Shown here in pieces: positions 9,745-19,645 of a stretch of DNA of 64,000 nucleotides. This DNA comes from a virus (Duplodnaviria > Caudoviricetes), in the IMG/VR virus record IMGVR_UViG_3300013936_000023, positions 1 through 64,000 of that record, one strand, 5' to 3'. The stretch's first letter is position 1. Every line of letters begins with the position of its first letter. The position numbers and the translations under genes are program-made. Under the pieces are notes generated by a model. The model ran no database searches. It was not told the DNA's origin and saw only the letters and a list, made by a program, of their open reading frames with translations.

Positions 9745-10251
9745 TTATTTGTGATTTTGGCTTTGGATGACCGCCCAGCCTATGAGTATAGCCTCGGCAG
9801 TATCATCCTCATTTTTGGTGCTCTTTGGCTTAACCCATGTCAGGTCAAGCCCGAATATTTCATTGGCCATCCGCACAGCTTTCTCTTTAAGAACGTCGCG
9901 CTGTAAGCCAGCTCTTGTGCCATCAAACATTCCAAGCTCACGACGCCATACGCTCGGCAACAGAAACGTCGGCTTGAGTCTAAATCCTGCGCAAAGACTT
10001 AGAATCATACCTTGCACTGCGCCAAGCTTAGCAATGGTGAGCTTGCCATCCTTCATGGGCACGTCCTCGGCGTATACCGCGTCTGGCTGATACTTTCGAA
10101 TAATCGCCGCAAGCTCCATGGTTTCAGCCGTGACATTCTCTCGCCAATCATCATGCTTTTCTTTAATGACACCATGAGCCACGAGTTTGCCATTGTCGAA
10201 GATGGCGTACCCCGTGGATTTTGTGGAGGCGTCGAGGGAGAGAAGTTTCAC
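9745..10251 (-). CDS. RuvC-like Holliday junction resolvase
   Basis: LLSLDASTKSTGYAIF, VYAED, LGAVQG, W-RR, DDTAEAILIG motifs. Probable GTG start at 10251. Confidence 0.8.
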   Translation of the reverse strand: MKLLSLDASTKSTGYAIFDNGKLVAHGVIKEKHDDWRENVTAETMELAAIIRKYQPDAVYAEDVPMKDGKLTIAKLGAVQGMILSLCAGFRLKPTFLLPSVWRRELGMFDGTRAGLQRDVLKEKAVRMANEIFGLDLTWVKPKSTKNEDDTAEAILIGWAVIQSQNHK

Positions 10252-10256
10252 GCCAT

Positions 10257-10757
10257 CTACCCCCTCTTCTTTGTAACGGTCAGGCCGGCCTCGGCAAAAC
10301 CTTGCCGCGTCCACTTGATGATATCCTCGCCATCAATATCCTCAATAAGCGCATCCCAAGCATCACGGCGTTGCGTCCAATAGCCATCGCCGTACTTTGG
10401 GCCAGATGCGCCATTGTAGATAAGCTCGGCCAGATATTCGCGAGCATCTCCCCAATCAGGGTCAATAGAACCATGCTGTGGGATGGTCGTCGTTAAGTTC
10501 AAGTCCATCTCAGACGGCTCATAGTGGAACTTTGCCTGAACGTGCATGCCAGAAATTTGAGCCTTATCGGTTTTCCACGCCTTCTGGAATTGACCAGTCC
10601 GCTCATAGATGCTTGGCTTGCCACGGCGATAAACATTAGCTTCAATCTCAAGCTGGTTTCGCTCGGCAATCTTCGCCATGATATAGTCCACGACGATTTG
10701 TAAACGCGGCATAAGCTCTCGCCTCAGTTGAGCGTCATTTCGTGGTAATCCCGCCAT
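10257..10757 (-). CDS. Probable tail-completion/neck protein
   Basis: 166 aa in the tail module; YERTGQF motif reminiscent of HK97 gp10-like proteins (weak). Confidence 0.5.
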   Translation of the reverse strand: MAGLPRNDAQLRRELMPRLQIVVDYIMAKIAERNQLEIEANVYRRGKPSIYERTGQFQKAWKTDKAQISGMHVQAKFHYEPSEMDLNLTTTIPQHGSIDPDWGDAREYLAELIYNGASGPKYGDGYWTQRRDAWDALIEDIDGEDIIKWTRQGFAEAGLTVTKKRG

Positions 10758-11139
10758 ACTTCTTCACCACAGCATCAAGTTGTTCCTGATATTTTGGAAG
10801 AGCCTTGACAATCTGAGCCAGAGCACGTTTAGTAGACTCCGTATATTCAATAGCTTCATAGACGCTAAACAGGTTCTTGATTTCGCCCATAACCTCGTTG
10901 ATTAAACCGCTCTGCAACAGCGCATCATGGCCAATCTCCTCCAGCTTTTCGGTCGGAATGTCCGTAGCAAACGCCAGCACGCACATATCAATATTCTGCT
11001 CTCGTTCAGCCCAGCCATCCAGTTCCTTGACGCCGTTGACAATCGCCTGAATCTGCGCATACGTCAGATATGGATTGACGCGCACATCATACGCCTCAAG
11101 GTACTTAGGCTCAATAGCCTTGATTTCTTTCATATCCAT
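10735..11139 (-). CDS. Hypothetical virion-module protein (possible tail chaperone)
   Basis: 134 aa, acidic and helical, good RBS, codirectional with the module. Confidence 0.55.
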   Translation of the reverse strand: MDMKEIKAIEPKYLEAYDVRVNPYLTYAQIQAIVNGVKELDGWAEREQNIDMCVLAFATDIPTEKLEEIGHDALLQSGLINEVMGEIKNLFSVYEAIEYTESTKRALAQIVKALPKYQEQLDAVVKKYGGITTK

Positions 11140-11155
11140 TTGTTCCTTTCATTCA

Positions 11156-11557
11156 TTAAAATTTCACATATTGTGACGCCCACATCATACCCAAACCAGC
11201 CATCACGCAGAGCCACGGCCAATTCTTCTTGACCCATTCACGGATGTCAAATTTGCCTGCATCCTCAATCTTTGAAACTTTAGTCTCAACTGCCGTCAGC
11301 TTTGTATTCACAGCGGCATTGGCCGTCTCTGATGCTTGTTTCATCTCTTTGATCTCTTCGGCTTGGGTATCCATTTTATCGTTGAGCTTGACCATAGACA
11401 TCTGTACGTCCTTCATGGTCTCGGCAAGCACCTCATTGCTCTTTACGCTTCGAGCGATAAGGTCTTGCAGGAATGGGCGAGTAGATTCGAGCGCGGTGAT
11501 GCGGTGGTCATGGTCATCCAGACGACCATAAATCTTGCCGATATCGCCATCTGCCAT
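11156..11557 (-). CDS. Coiled-coil protein with C-terminal TM helix (XhlA/holin-like)
   Basis: RLDDHDHRITALE coiled coil and C-terminal WPWLCVMAGLGMMWAS. Confidence 0.6.
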   Translation of the reverse strand: MADGDIGKIYGRLDDHDHRITALESTRPFLQDLIARSVKSNEVLAETMKDVQMSMVKLNDKMDTQAEEIKEMKQASETANAAVNTKLTAVETKVSKIEDAGKFDIREWVKKNWPWLCVMAGLGMMWASQYVKF

Positions 11558-11567
11558 TTTCTTTCCC

Positions 11568-11864
11568 TCACTCTCTGAGTTTATATTCGCCGGATTTTAA
11601 TTTCCTCACGCGGACACAAAGAGGTGTATGGTCAAATGGGTTCTTGACGCGGATTGTTTGCTCGCCAAGGTCTACATACAACCAACCCTTGCGCTCTTCA
11701 CGAACGCGGCAATATCCTGCTGGGATGTCCACGTCGCGCTTAACCTTGCAATCGGTCGGCATATAGTTGTTAGCTCGCCATGTTCCCGTTTGAGGACATA
11801 AGTACATCCACGGGCAAGCCTCCTTGGTGATGCGGCAAACATTCTGGTCTACATATTCGCACAT
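11568..11864 (-). CDS. Cys-rich hypothetical protein
   Basis: Likely start MCEYVDQNVCRITKEACPWMYLC; 98 aa. Confidence 0.6.
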   Translation of the reverse strand: MCEYVDQNVCRITKEACPWMYLCPQTGTWRANNYMPTDCKVKRDVDIPAGYCRVREERKGWLYVDLGEQTIRVKNPFDHTPLCVRVRKLKSGEYKLRE

Positions 11865-11888
11865 CCTATTCACCTCAAATTTTTTCTT

Positions 11889-11928
11889 AAAAAAATAGGG
11901 TAAGCAATGCAAAGATTACTTACCCTAT
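11889..11928 (-). terminator. Terminator after major tail protein
   Basis: ATAGGGTAAG/CTTACCCTAT stem followed by a T-run. Confidence 0.7.
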
Positions 11929-11934
11929 AATTTA

Positions 11935-12999
11935 TCAGGTCACGCTCACGTAAGCAAACGCCTGAGGAACATTGGCATAACCAGTAAGGGTGATACCAAT
12001 GACAGTTTTGCCAGCAGAGCCAGCGGCGGTCACAACACCAGAAGTGCTGACGGTAGAATCACCCTCGAGCACCGTAAAGGTGAAGTTGAAGTTGTCTTTA
12101 CGCTGGGACGCAACAGAGCCACCATAGACAACGCGCATGACGAGCGTTTCAGTCTCACCAGTGCCGAGTTCAATGTCGCCATTTTCGGGCGCAATGAACT
12201 GCACCGAGTCCTGCCACTTAGCACCATAAACCTGCTCGGTCATCGTGCCGTAAGAAGCGTCAGCAGTGCAACCCTCGGACGCAACATAGCGCAGAGCCGT
12301 ACCAGTGAGCTGAGTGGGCGCAGAGCTGGTTGCATTGAGCGTGAGGTCTTGAGACGGGTCAAGGCCAAGACGCGGAATATCGGTGATGAGACGGCCAACC
12401 TTGGACGCAGAAGCATCGGCGTTGATATCGGCGTTGTACAGATCGTTCAGCAGAACGATATGCAGCTCCTCGGGCGCAAAGTCCGCAGGAATCGCCATCA
12501 TGCGAGCATTCTCATCCATGTATGGGTACTTGATGCAGTACACATCGCCAGCGTTTGCGCCAGCAACAGCAAGGTAATACCTGCCACCAGTCTCGGTGAT
12601 AGCACCAATAGACCAACCAGCATCAGCGGGCTTCTTATACCAGCCAATCATCGTACCGTTGAACGCGGCGGGCTTATTCTTGAGTTCAATCTGACCAGTG
12701 GCGACAACAGTCTCGCCAGCGCCAGTGGATTCATAGAAGCTCGTGCCGCCCTGCTCAATGGTCGCGCCAAGCGACCACGCCAGATACTCCAACTTGAAGG
12801 TCGCGTTGGTGATAGTCACGTTCAGAGTGCTATCAGAGAACCAACGGCCAAGCAGGGGGTTGGACGTACCGCCACGAACCTCGTTGGGAGAGGCACTGAA
12901 AGAGAACGTGTTCTCGGTCAGGGTGTTACCCACACCGACAAACTCGTTGCCTCTGAAAATCAGGGCAGTGCCAACATTAGCAAGAAATTTTTCTGCCAT
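11935..12999 (-). CDS. Major tail protein with C-terminal Ig-like domain
   Basis: 354 aa, Gly/Ala/Thr-rich, highly biased codons, strong RBS. C-terminal TVSTSGVVTAAGSAGKTVI Ig-like motif. Confidence 0.75.
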   Translation of the reverse strand: MAEKFLANVGTALIFRGNEFVGVGNTLTENTFSFSASPNEVRGGTSNPLLGRWFSDSTLNVTITNATFKLEYLAWSLGATIEQGGTSFYESTGAGETVVATGQIELKNKPAAFNGTMIGWYKKPADAGWSIGAITETGGRYYLAVAGANAGDVYCIKYPYMDENARMMAIPADFAPEELHIVLLNDLYNADINADASASKVGRLITDIPRLGLDPSQDLTLNATSSAPTQLTGTALRYVASEGCTADASYGTMTEQVYGAKWQDSVQFIAPENGDIELGTGETETLVMRVVYGGSVASQRKDNFNFTFTVLEGDSTVSTSGVVTAAGSAGKTVIGITLTGYANVPQAFAYVSVT

Positions 13000-13017
13000 G
13001 AAATATTTTCCTCCTTG

Positions 13018-13863
13018 TTACAAATTATTTTGTTGCAAGAGCTGTTCGGCGTGGCTTGAACCATCGCCAATCGCAACATCGGCAACGCTACCATCGCCGC
13101 CAAACGACGCTTTGTATTTGCCCATGCTCGTCATATATCCATCATACTTACCCCTCTTGCGCGGATAAATCCAATGGTCAACCTCCTTGCCAGCATACAT
13201 AGTGATGGCGCGAGTTGTTTCAAAATCAACCTCGCCAGAACATTCCTCAAACACCCCTTGATGTTCTCTAAACGTCATCTTCATCTGTTCTTGCTTTGAC
13301 AGCCCAGTATGCGCCGTGATAATATACATCTTGCGCTCAAGCGTCGGGAACTCTCGATTGAAATTTTTGACAGAATCCGTAAGCTCCATAGTCTTCTTGA
13401 ACTCTGGATTGACATAAGAATCATCATAGTGTAAAATGTTCTGGTATAAAATAATCTTGGTAAGCTCGTCAAATTGCTTGGCCGATAATGTCAGGTCATG
13501 CGTCCTGTCAACAAGCACCAGCTTGCCGCGCTCATTCGCCGTTACAGCCCAATCGTTAATACCGCAGTAGGACAAGATGTTTGTCAACTTGTCCTCAAGG
13601 TATTCATCATCCGGCTTTATGACTTTGACGAGATATTCCAGATATGACATCTGAATAATCTCGACAGATGGTGACGAATTCTTGTCATGTTGCAAAATGT
13701 CTATGCTCGCCAAGAAAGTTTCGGCCTCCTCAAGCATGATTGGGCGAATCGTGATGACCTTATCCTGAACCACATATGGAACAGGCTTGTCAAACGCGAA
13801 GTACGCCCTGCGCAGGAAGTCAATATTAACCGCCATTGCAATCAGCTCGCTTGCCAGTATCAC
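13018..13863 (-). CDS. Hypothetical virion-module protein
   Basis: 281 aa, codirectional, between head-tail genes and major tail gene. Confidence 0.6.
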   Translation of the reverse strand: MILASELIAMAVNIDFLRRAYFAFDKPVPYVVQDKVITIRPIMLEEAETFLASIDILQHDKNSSPSVEIIQMSYLEYLVKVIKPDDEYLEDKLTNILSYCGINDWAVTANERGKLVLVDRTHDLTLSAKQFDELTKIILYQNILHYDDSYVNPEFKKTMELTDSVKNFNREFPTLERKMYIITAHTGLSKQEQMKMTFREHQGVFEECSGEVDFETTRAITMYAGKEVDHWIYPRKRGKYDGYMTSMGKYKASFGGDGSVADVAIGDGSSHAEQLLQQNNL

Positions 13864-14401
13864 CCGCCATCACGCCCATAAGCAGTTGAACGCCCGTAAA
13901 GGTGCGCTCATTGCCAATGACGGATTTTGCGGCGCAATATCTCGACATATCATCCAGCCACGTCAGCTTGCCAACACCGCCAACATAAGCGCCATTAAGG
14001 ACGGTCAGCATGATGTTGATAAACAAATCGCCGCGACTGACAGGGATTCCATTGTATTCCACAAGGCTCATCTGACCCCCATAAAGAAAATCAAAGGCGT
14101 ACACAATGTTCGCCTGATACATCTCCTTTGGCGCGTCATAATAGTTGTAAACCTTGAGGATACACTTGCTCATAGGGATGGCGTCTTCAATGAGGTTGGT
14201 AAAGAACACGCCATATTTCTCCTGCTGGCCAGTTTTCCATAACAGCCCAAGTTTTTCTTTGAGCGTCAGGTTTGGCTTGGACAGCGCATCATAGCCGTTG
14301 TACTTGAGGAGCTTCCACAAGTTCTCGGCGTCGGAAGATGTCGCCAGATATGTCAGGATATTGTAAGGAATAGAGGGTAACGCCGATAAACTATTGTACA
14401 T
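13826..14401 (-). CDS. Probable tail terminator/head-tail protein
   Basis: 191 aa; call is from synteny upstream of the major tail gene. Confidence 0.5.
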   Translation of the reverse strand: MYNSLSALPSIPYNILTYLATSSDAENLWKLLKYNGYDALSKPNLTLKEKLGLLWKTGQQEKYGVFFTNLIEDAIPMSKCILKVYNYYDAPKEMYQANIVYAFDFLYGGQMSLVEYNGIPVSRGDLFINIMLTVLNGAYVGGVGKLTWLDDMSRYCAAKSVIGNERTFTGVQLLMGVMAGDTGKRADCNGG

Positions 14402-15201
14402 CAGTCGCCACCTCCCAATTTGCCAACATTGTCCAGAATCTTGTCGACGTCATCATCGCCAGAGTAATCTGCCGACGAATTATCCGCAAGCTGGCTGGCA
14501 ATATCATCCCCATCGTGAATCTCGTCGAGATACAAGTCGAGATACAGCAGGGTATCGTAGTCTGTACTCAAGTCTGGATTCAAAGCATTCTGATATGCCC
14601 ACAGCTTGAATGGGCGACCGCCAAGGATATACCGAGTGTTAAGCTTGAACAGCCTCAGCGTATCAGCATTGCCTTGCACCATCACCGTAGCGTGGTTGTT
14701 GGGTGTCAGCAGATACGTGGTCACACGGGCATTCGGCGCTTGCATATCGTAATCAACAACGCATGGCGCACTAAACACCTCACCCGTAGTGGGGTCGATG
14801 ATGCGCAGAGCGTTATTGCAACGGCGAATCGCCACGTCCTGCGACAGACCCGTGAACTGGTTGTAAGCATGGACAATCCACCAGCTATTGTCAAACTTGT
14901 AATACAAGCCGCGAACGCTGGTCTTGTCAATGCTCCTGAAGACGAGCTTCATGAAATCCTTGGTATCTTTAAGGCCAGTGCTCGTATCAGCCACGGTTGG
15001 CTTGACCCAAGCCTCAATAGCCTGATATTCAGCAGAGCCGATTCCCTGCTGTTCAAGGATTTCGCCGCCATTCTCAGGCGTCTTAGCCGAGGTATTTGTC
15101 CATTCCTCATCAATGAACGACTGTTGGTTTGCGCGATACAGGTCGTTCGGCGTGGCGTTCATAATGGTGTCGGATGCAAATTCAAAAAAATCAAACGGCA
15201 T
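14401..15201 (-). CDS. Probable head-closure/connector protein
   Basis: Start MPFDFFEF at 15201; beta-rich with GLYYKFDNSWWIV and RRCNNALR motifs; synteny. Confidence 0.55.
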   Translation of the reverse strand: MPFDFFEFASDTIMNATPNDLYRANQQSFIDEEWTNTSAKTPENGGEILEQQGIGSAEYQAIEAWVKPTVADTSTGLKDTKDFMKLVFRSIDKTSVRGLYYKFDNSWWIVHAYNQFTGLSQDVAIRRCNNALRIIDPTTGEVFSAPCVVDYDMQAPNARVTTYLLTPNNHATVMVQGNADTLRLFKLNTRYILGGRPFKLWAYQNALNPDLSTDYDTLLYLDLYLDEIHDGDDIASQLADNSSADYSGDDDVDKILDNVGKLGGGD

Positions 15202-15460
15202 CGCTTTCACCATCCTTATCCAGCACATGAATCATGTGGAACACCGCGCGACGAACTTGGTCGTGGTCAGCATCCTGCCCGAGCGCTTCTAAGCCGCGAA
15301 CCATTGAAGTCATGCCATCATCAATGCCCGCAACCATGACGCTCAGGCGGCTCAGGTACGCAAGATACGCCCTATAAACCATCTCGGATTGCGTCTCCAC
15401 GACCTCTTCATACATCGGCAAGATTTTGTAGACGGCGGCAATAGCCTTATCCTTGTTCAT
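15191..15460 (-). CDS. Hypothetical protein
   Basis: 89 aa with RBS GGTGGTG; overlaps the next gene. Confidence 0.6.
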   Translation of the reverse strand: MNKDKAIAAVYKILPMYEEVVETQSEMVYRAYLAYLSRLSVMVAGIDDGMTSMVRGLEALGQDADHDQVRRAVFHMIHVLDKDGESDAV

Positions 15461-15472
15461 CTCACCACCACC

Positions 15473-15904
15473 TTAAAATTCATAGGCGGCAATGTCGAGC
15501 AAGAGATAATCCTGCGTCGCTCTATCCACTTCCTCGCGCAACTTGTCGATGATATTTTGCTTTTCCTTAAAGTTCTGCGCCTCAGAGTTGAACGTAAACG
15601 CCGAACTAACCTTGAGCTTTAAGGCAATCTGAGCGGCGTTGTTCGTCTCACGTTCCCACCATGCAATAACCCAGTAGCGCGAGAGGATGTAAACCTCAAG
15701 CACCGTCAGGTCGGCATTGAAAGAACGCGCAACATCGTCATAGGCAAGGTCTTGACGGCATTCCGTGAACTGAGCCACGGCGTTCATCAAAAGACCGTCG
15801 CAGAACTTTTTGAATTTTTCCTCGCTCTGGTCAAACAGCTTGCCGAGCTTATAGTCCGATACAACCGTAAGAGCGAGGTCTTCGATTTTGTCAAAGGGAG
15901 TTAT
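15473..15904 (-). CDS. Probable head-tail adaptor, ATA start codon
   Basis: Frame extends upstream of the track ORF to ATA-ACT-CCC-TTT-GAC (xTPFDKIEDLAL), bounded by in-frame TGA TGA. SD GAAGGAG lies 9 nt before the ATA. Confidence 0.65.
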   Translation of the reverse strand: MTPFDKIEDLALTVVSDYKLGKLFDQSEEKFKKFCDGLLMNAVAQFTECRQDLAYDDVARSFNADLTVLEVYILSRYWVIAWWERETNNAAQIALKLKVSSAFTFNSEAQNFKEKQNIIDKLREEVDRATQDYLLLDIAAYEF

Positions 15905-15910
15905 ATCTCA

Positions 15911-16540
15911 TCACTCCTTCGCGGTTTCGTCTTCGTCAGGCTCGATAAGCATCAAGTCTTTGCCGCAAAGTTTACCAATCTCGATGGCCGCATTCGCATC
16001 AACAAACTGGCCGCGTTCCTTGCGAGAACAAATCATGTCAACGATGATTTGCTTCTGTGCCGCGTTGACCATCTTATACGTCTCAATGATAGTCTTGCCA
16101 TCCTTGTCCAGCAGTTCTCTTAGCGCCTTTTCGTCAAGCAGATTGGCGTAAACATCCGTGAGATTATGCTCCTCAGCAAAGTCCTTGTCGGCGATATACA
16201 CCGCGCCAGAATTGATAAGGTTCGTCATATTCTCAACGATGATGCTCGCCTCTTTCTCGGCGAAGTCACGATGATTGAACTGGCCGTCAATACGCCACAT
16301 CACAGTGCCGCGCAGAACAATCGAGCCATTGGTCAGGTTGACAAAGCGAATGCGCTTGTCTTTCTTTGCGCTACGATTTTCTGTTTCAGGCTTTGCAGAC
16401 ATCATCTGGGCCATAAGCGCCATCTGAGCCTTCAGCTCTTCAAGTTGGGCTTTCAGGTCATCATTTTCTTTCTTGATGTCCTCAGCGGGCGTCTCAACTA
16501 CTTCGGCAACCTTTGCGGTTTCACTCTTGGTTCTTGCCAT
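15911..16540 (-). CDS. Hypothetical head-associated protein
   Basis: 209 aa with N-terminal coiled coil, directly after the capsid gene. Confidence 0.6.
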   Translation of the reverse strand: MARTKSETAKVAEVVETPAEDIKKENDDLKAQLEELKAQMALMAQMMSAKPETENRSAKKDKRIRFVNLTNGSIVLRGTVMWRIDGQFNHRDFAEKEASIIVENMTNLINSGAVYIADKDFAEEHNLTDVYANLLDEKALRELLDKDGKTIIETYKMVNAAQKQIIVDMICSRKERGQFVDANAAIEIGKLCGKDLMLIEPDEDETAKE

Positions 16541-16578
16541 TTTTATAATCTCCTTTTATTCCATTCATTCAGATTTTG

Positions 16579-16604
16579 AAATAAGAGGGGCGCGAAGCCC
16601 CTCT
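16579..16604 (-). terminator. Terminator after major capsid gene
   Basis: AGAGGGGC/GCCCCTCT stem with a TTCG-containing loop, followed by TATTT. Confidence 0.65.
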
Positions 16605-16614
16605 ATATTTCAAA

Positions 16615-17655
16615 TTAGTCGCTGATAGTATACACGCCAGCTTTCGCAGCGGAGGCGAAAACGAAATCCCAACCCTTACGATAGGTGAAGTTGGAAGTCA
16701 GGTCAGCATTGTCAAAGTGCTGGTTGGTGTTGGTCATGGCGGTGGTCATGACGCCCTTAACGAGCTTATCAACAGACGGGCTGATGACGTAAACCTTGTT
16801 GGCGGGCAGAACGAGCTTGCCGTCCGCACCAACAGCATTGGTCAGGCGCATGACGGGGAAGTCGAGCACGTTGTTAAGGATTTCGATAGAGCCACCCTCG
16901 CCGTTGATGTTCATACGGTAGCCAGTAGCGCTGTCAGGGAGAACCTTGAGCAGAGCAGCGGCAGAACCGATGATGTAGGGGCGAACGCCGCCATTGAGGG
17001 CCTGAACGGTCTCAGCCATCTCGACCAGAGAGGTGATATCCATAGCACCAGTCTTGTTGAGGTCGCCAGCAGGAATCGCGGCGATACCAGTGTTAAGGGC
17101 ACTGACGGCATCCTTATACATGGCAGACTCAACAGAGGTCAGGAGCAGGCCCATGAAATCAGCGATGCTCTCCTTGCCAGCGAGGACACGGTAAAGGTCG
17201 CTGTAGATGGTGACGATATGCTCGACAGGAGCCACGACGATATCGGACTCAGACTTCTTCTGACGGAAAGTGGTACGCTGGCCATTAGCGGTCAGGGACA
17301 CAGTGTAGAAGCTGCGAGGCATAATCTTGAACTTCACAACATCGCCGATACCAGCGGTGCGGAAATCAGCAAAGACGCTGAACTGGGGCAGGATGACCTG
17401 CGGCAGAATAGCGTTGATGGTCGCGTCGATGATGGCGAACGCAGCCCACTGGGTGGACGGATGGGCAATCCAAGCGTCAACAGCATTGTCCTTGCGGGAC
17501 ACGCCAGACTTGCGCTCAACCTCGGCGAACCAAGCATCCTGCATCAGAGCCTTGTTCTCAGCAGTCTGCTTCTTGTCGCAGAAATAGGACATAGCCGCTT
17601 CATAGAAGTCGGTGTTCTCGCCAGCAAAGGCGATAAGGTCTTTATTCATAAGCAT
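16615..17655 (-). CDS. Major capsid protein
   Basis: Start MLMNKDLIAF with RBS GAAAGGAG; 346 aa, strongly optimised codons, follows scaffold and decoration genes. Confidence 0.8.
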   Translation of the reverse strand: MLMNKDLIAFAGENTDFYEAAMSYFCDKKQTAENKALMQDAWFAEVERKSGVSRKDNAVDAWIAHPSTQWAAFAIIDATINAILPQVILPQFSVFADFRTAGIGDVVKFKIMPRSFYTVSLTANGQRTTFRQKKSESDIVVAPVEHIVTIYSDLYRVLAGKESIADFMGLLLTSVESAMYKDAVSALNTGIAAIPAGDLNKTGAMDITSLVEMAETVQALNGGVRPYIIGSAAALLKVLPDSATGYRMNINGEGGSIEILNNVLDFPVMRLTNAVGADGKLVLPANKVYVISPSVDKLVKGVMTTAMTNTNQHFDNADLTSNFTYRKGWDFVFASAAKAGVYTISD

Positions 17656-17684
17656 AGTATATTTTCTCCTTTCTACAAATTTCT

Positions 17685-18224
17685 TTACGCGTTCTTCATG
17701 CAACGCAGGACAGCGGTCTTGACAACGTCAGCGCCGCACTCAATCTCGTGCAGACCCTCAACGCGGAAGGTAGCACCAGAGGCAACAGACGCAGCAGGGG
17801 TAGCGAACTTGCCGTTGGCAGCAACGCCACAGAGCTGGCCAACCTGAGCCTGAGTGGGAAGGACGCCAGTCTGGAACGCCATAGCGTCAACCTCGATGCA
17901 GTCAAAGCCAGCAACGATGCCCTTGATGTCCATGGGCTTACCGGCGACGTTATAGAACTCGCGGATGTCGTCGTGAATCTGCATCTCAAGGGTCTTGCCA
18001 ACCTCAGGGGTGGCGACGAGCCAAACATTCACGGAGTTGGCCGCAGCGGGGGCAACCTCATACTGATAGCCAGTGATATCACCGGCGTCGGTCTTTGCGA
18101 TCTTGGTAAGGGTAACAAGAGTGCCGTTGTCGATGTCAGCAGTAGCATAAACGCCAGTCATGTTCAGGGCGTCAATATTTTCGCAAGCCATGAACGTAGT
18201 ATTGCAAATGCCGTGTTTTGCCAT
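17685..18224 (-). CDS. Capsid decoration/stabilising protein
   Basis: 179 aa, Ala/Gly/Thr-rich, between scaffold and capsid genes. Confidence 0.6.
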   Translation of the reverse strand: MAKHGICNTTFMACENIDALNMTGVYATADIDNGTLVTLTKIAKTDAGDITGYQYEVAPAAANSVNVWLVATPEVGKTLEMQIHDDIREFYNVAGKPMDIKGIVAGFDCIEVDAMAFQTGVLPTQAQVGQLCGVAANGKFATPAASVASGATFRVEGLHEIECGADVVKTAVLRCMKNA

Positions 18225-18254
18225 AATTTTTCAATCTCCTTCTTAAAATATTTT

Positions 18255-19433
18255 TTAGTGTTGATTTCTCAGGCGAGTCCAAATATCCTCGGACTGCTTG
18301 TTCATCTTAGGTTCTTTCGGCATGGCGAACGTAAGCACGCCAGCCTCATCCTTCTTGACGACCTTCTTGACCTCGCTAAAGCAAGCGGCTTTCACCTTAT
18401 TGCTCCATGCGTCAAGATTGCCATCGGTGCAAGCCAGACCTTCATCACGGAAGGCGGCAAACTGATCGTCCGAAACAAACGGACGAACCTCAGCCATCAC
18501 AGCCTCAACAGCACAAGCCATCTCCTTGGCCATGGCGACCTGCTTGAACTTGCGAAGTTCCTCAAGCTCGGCGTCTTTCTCCATGATGATATGGTCGCGG
18601 TCTTCAACATCCTTAGAGAGTTGGTTAATCTTGGCCATCATCTCATCCTCAGACATCTTCTCCTCGCCCTTGTCATCAGGCTCTTCGGATTCCTCGCCAT
18701 CGGGCTTTTCCTCTTCGAGCTTTTCGTCGCAAGCCATTTCCCCGTCCTGCTTCTCGGGCTCGGCCATTTCGACGGTAGGCTCTTCGACGACCTCGGTCTG
18801 CTCAACCTCGGCCATCTCGATGTTCTTCTCTTCCATCTTTTCCTCCTTTCCGTCAAACTTGGAATCAAGCTGACCATGAATTTTCTTGTAGTATCCCTCA
18901 GCGTCGCTTTCACTGAATCTCACCAGCTCAATATCGCTATCAGGGCAACTTGGGCGAACATTCTTGCCAAGAACCGTAATACCCTTAATATCAAACGCCG
19001 ACGCATCTTCATCATTTTCATCAGCGAACTCAAAGCGAGCCTCAATACTTACAGCACGCTCATTGTCCTGCTCAGAGAAGATGTCGTAAAATTCAGCGGC
19101 GTAACGCTTGCTGATAATACCGTCCACATATGCCCGCAGATAACCATCGACGTCCTCTTCAAAGACAACCTCTTGGTCTTGCGGCACAATGCCAACAATA
19201 TATTCGCCATCCGTATGCGTTGTGGCATCACCAAACTGCACATCGGCAACAATCCATTTGCCAAGCGCAGACGGCGAAGACGCCCTCAGAACATCCTCAC
19301 CAATACCAATGCCATGGCTGTTGGGCTTCGTAGAAATGAACCCAAGCCGCGCAATCGCGTACTCTTGCTCATCATAATCAGAAAATTCAATCTGCTTGAT
19401 TTCTTCGACTGCAAACTTAATTTCTTTCTGCAA
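18255..19433 (-). CDS. Prohead protease/scaffold protein
   Basis: N-terminal domain with H and ERAVSIE-type motif; very acidic coiled-coil C-terminal half. Confidence 0.7.
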   Translation of the reverse strand: MQKEIKFAVEEIKQIEFSDYDEQEYAIARLGFISTKPNSHGIGIGEDVLRASSPSALGKWIVADVQFGDATTHTDGEYIVGIVPQDQEVVFEEDVDGYLRAYVDGIISKRYAAEFYDIFSEQDNERAVSIEARFEFADENDEDASAFDIKGITVLGKNVRPSCPDSDIELVRFSESDAEGYYKKIHGQLDSKFDGKEEKMEEKNIEMAEVEQTEVVEEPTVEMAEPEKQDGEMACDEKLEEEKPDGEESEEPDDKGEEKMSEDEMMAKINQLSKDVEDRDHIIMEKDAELEELRKFKQVAMAKEMACAVEAVMAEVRPFVSDDQFAAFRDEGLACTDGNLDAWSNKVKAACFSEVKKVVKKDEAGVLTFAMPKEPKMNKQSEDIWTRLRNQH

Positions 19434-19468
19434 TCTTTCTCCTCCTTTCCTTAGAAATTTGGATTATA

Positions 19469-19636
19469 TTAAAGTTCACCAAGGAACTTCAATAACTTTT
19501 GTGTGCGTCTGAAATACAGACAGCCATCATCATCTTTATACAGAGGGATAAATCCATGCCGCGTAAGATTGGTGGCTTCATCGCCATCGGCGCAATAGTA
19601 CGCCGACACATCATCAGGATAGCCTAAAATAATCAT
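19469..19636 (-). CDS. Small hypothetical protein (55 aa)
   Basis: Not in track. MIILGYPDDVSAYYCADGDEATNLTRHGFIPLYKDDDGCLYFRRTQKLLKFLGEL with RBS GAGGT; fills the gap. Confidence 0.65.
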   Translation of the reverse strand: MIILGYPDDVSAYYCADGDEATNLTRHGFIPLYKDDDGCLYFRRTQKLLKFLGEL

Positions 19637-19645
19637 CTCGCTACC

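Noticed and set aside
10257-11139. Programmed G/GT tail-chaperone frameshift between overlapping ORFs
   Set aside because: The downstream ORF is in the +1 frame with its own ATG, there is no X XXY YYZ slippery site, and a resolvase separates the pair from TMP.
16717-19454. Long + strand ORFs (376 aa, 568 aa) and similar ones such as 28056..29123 and 3748..4659
   Set aside because: They are antisense shadows of codon-biased capsid, scaffold, RNAP and TMP genes, with no RBS and no motifs.
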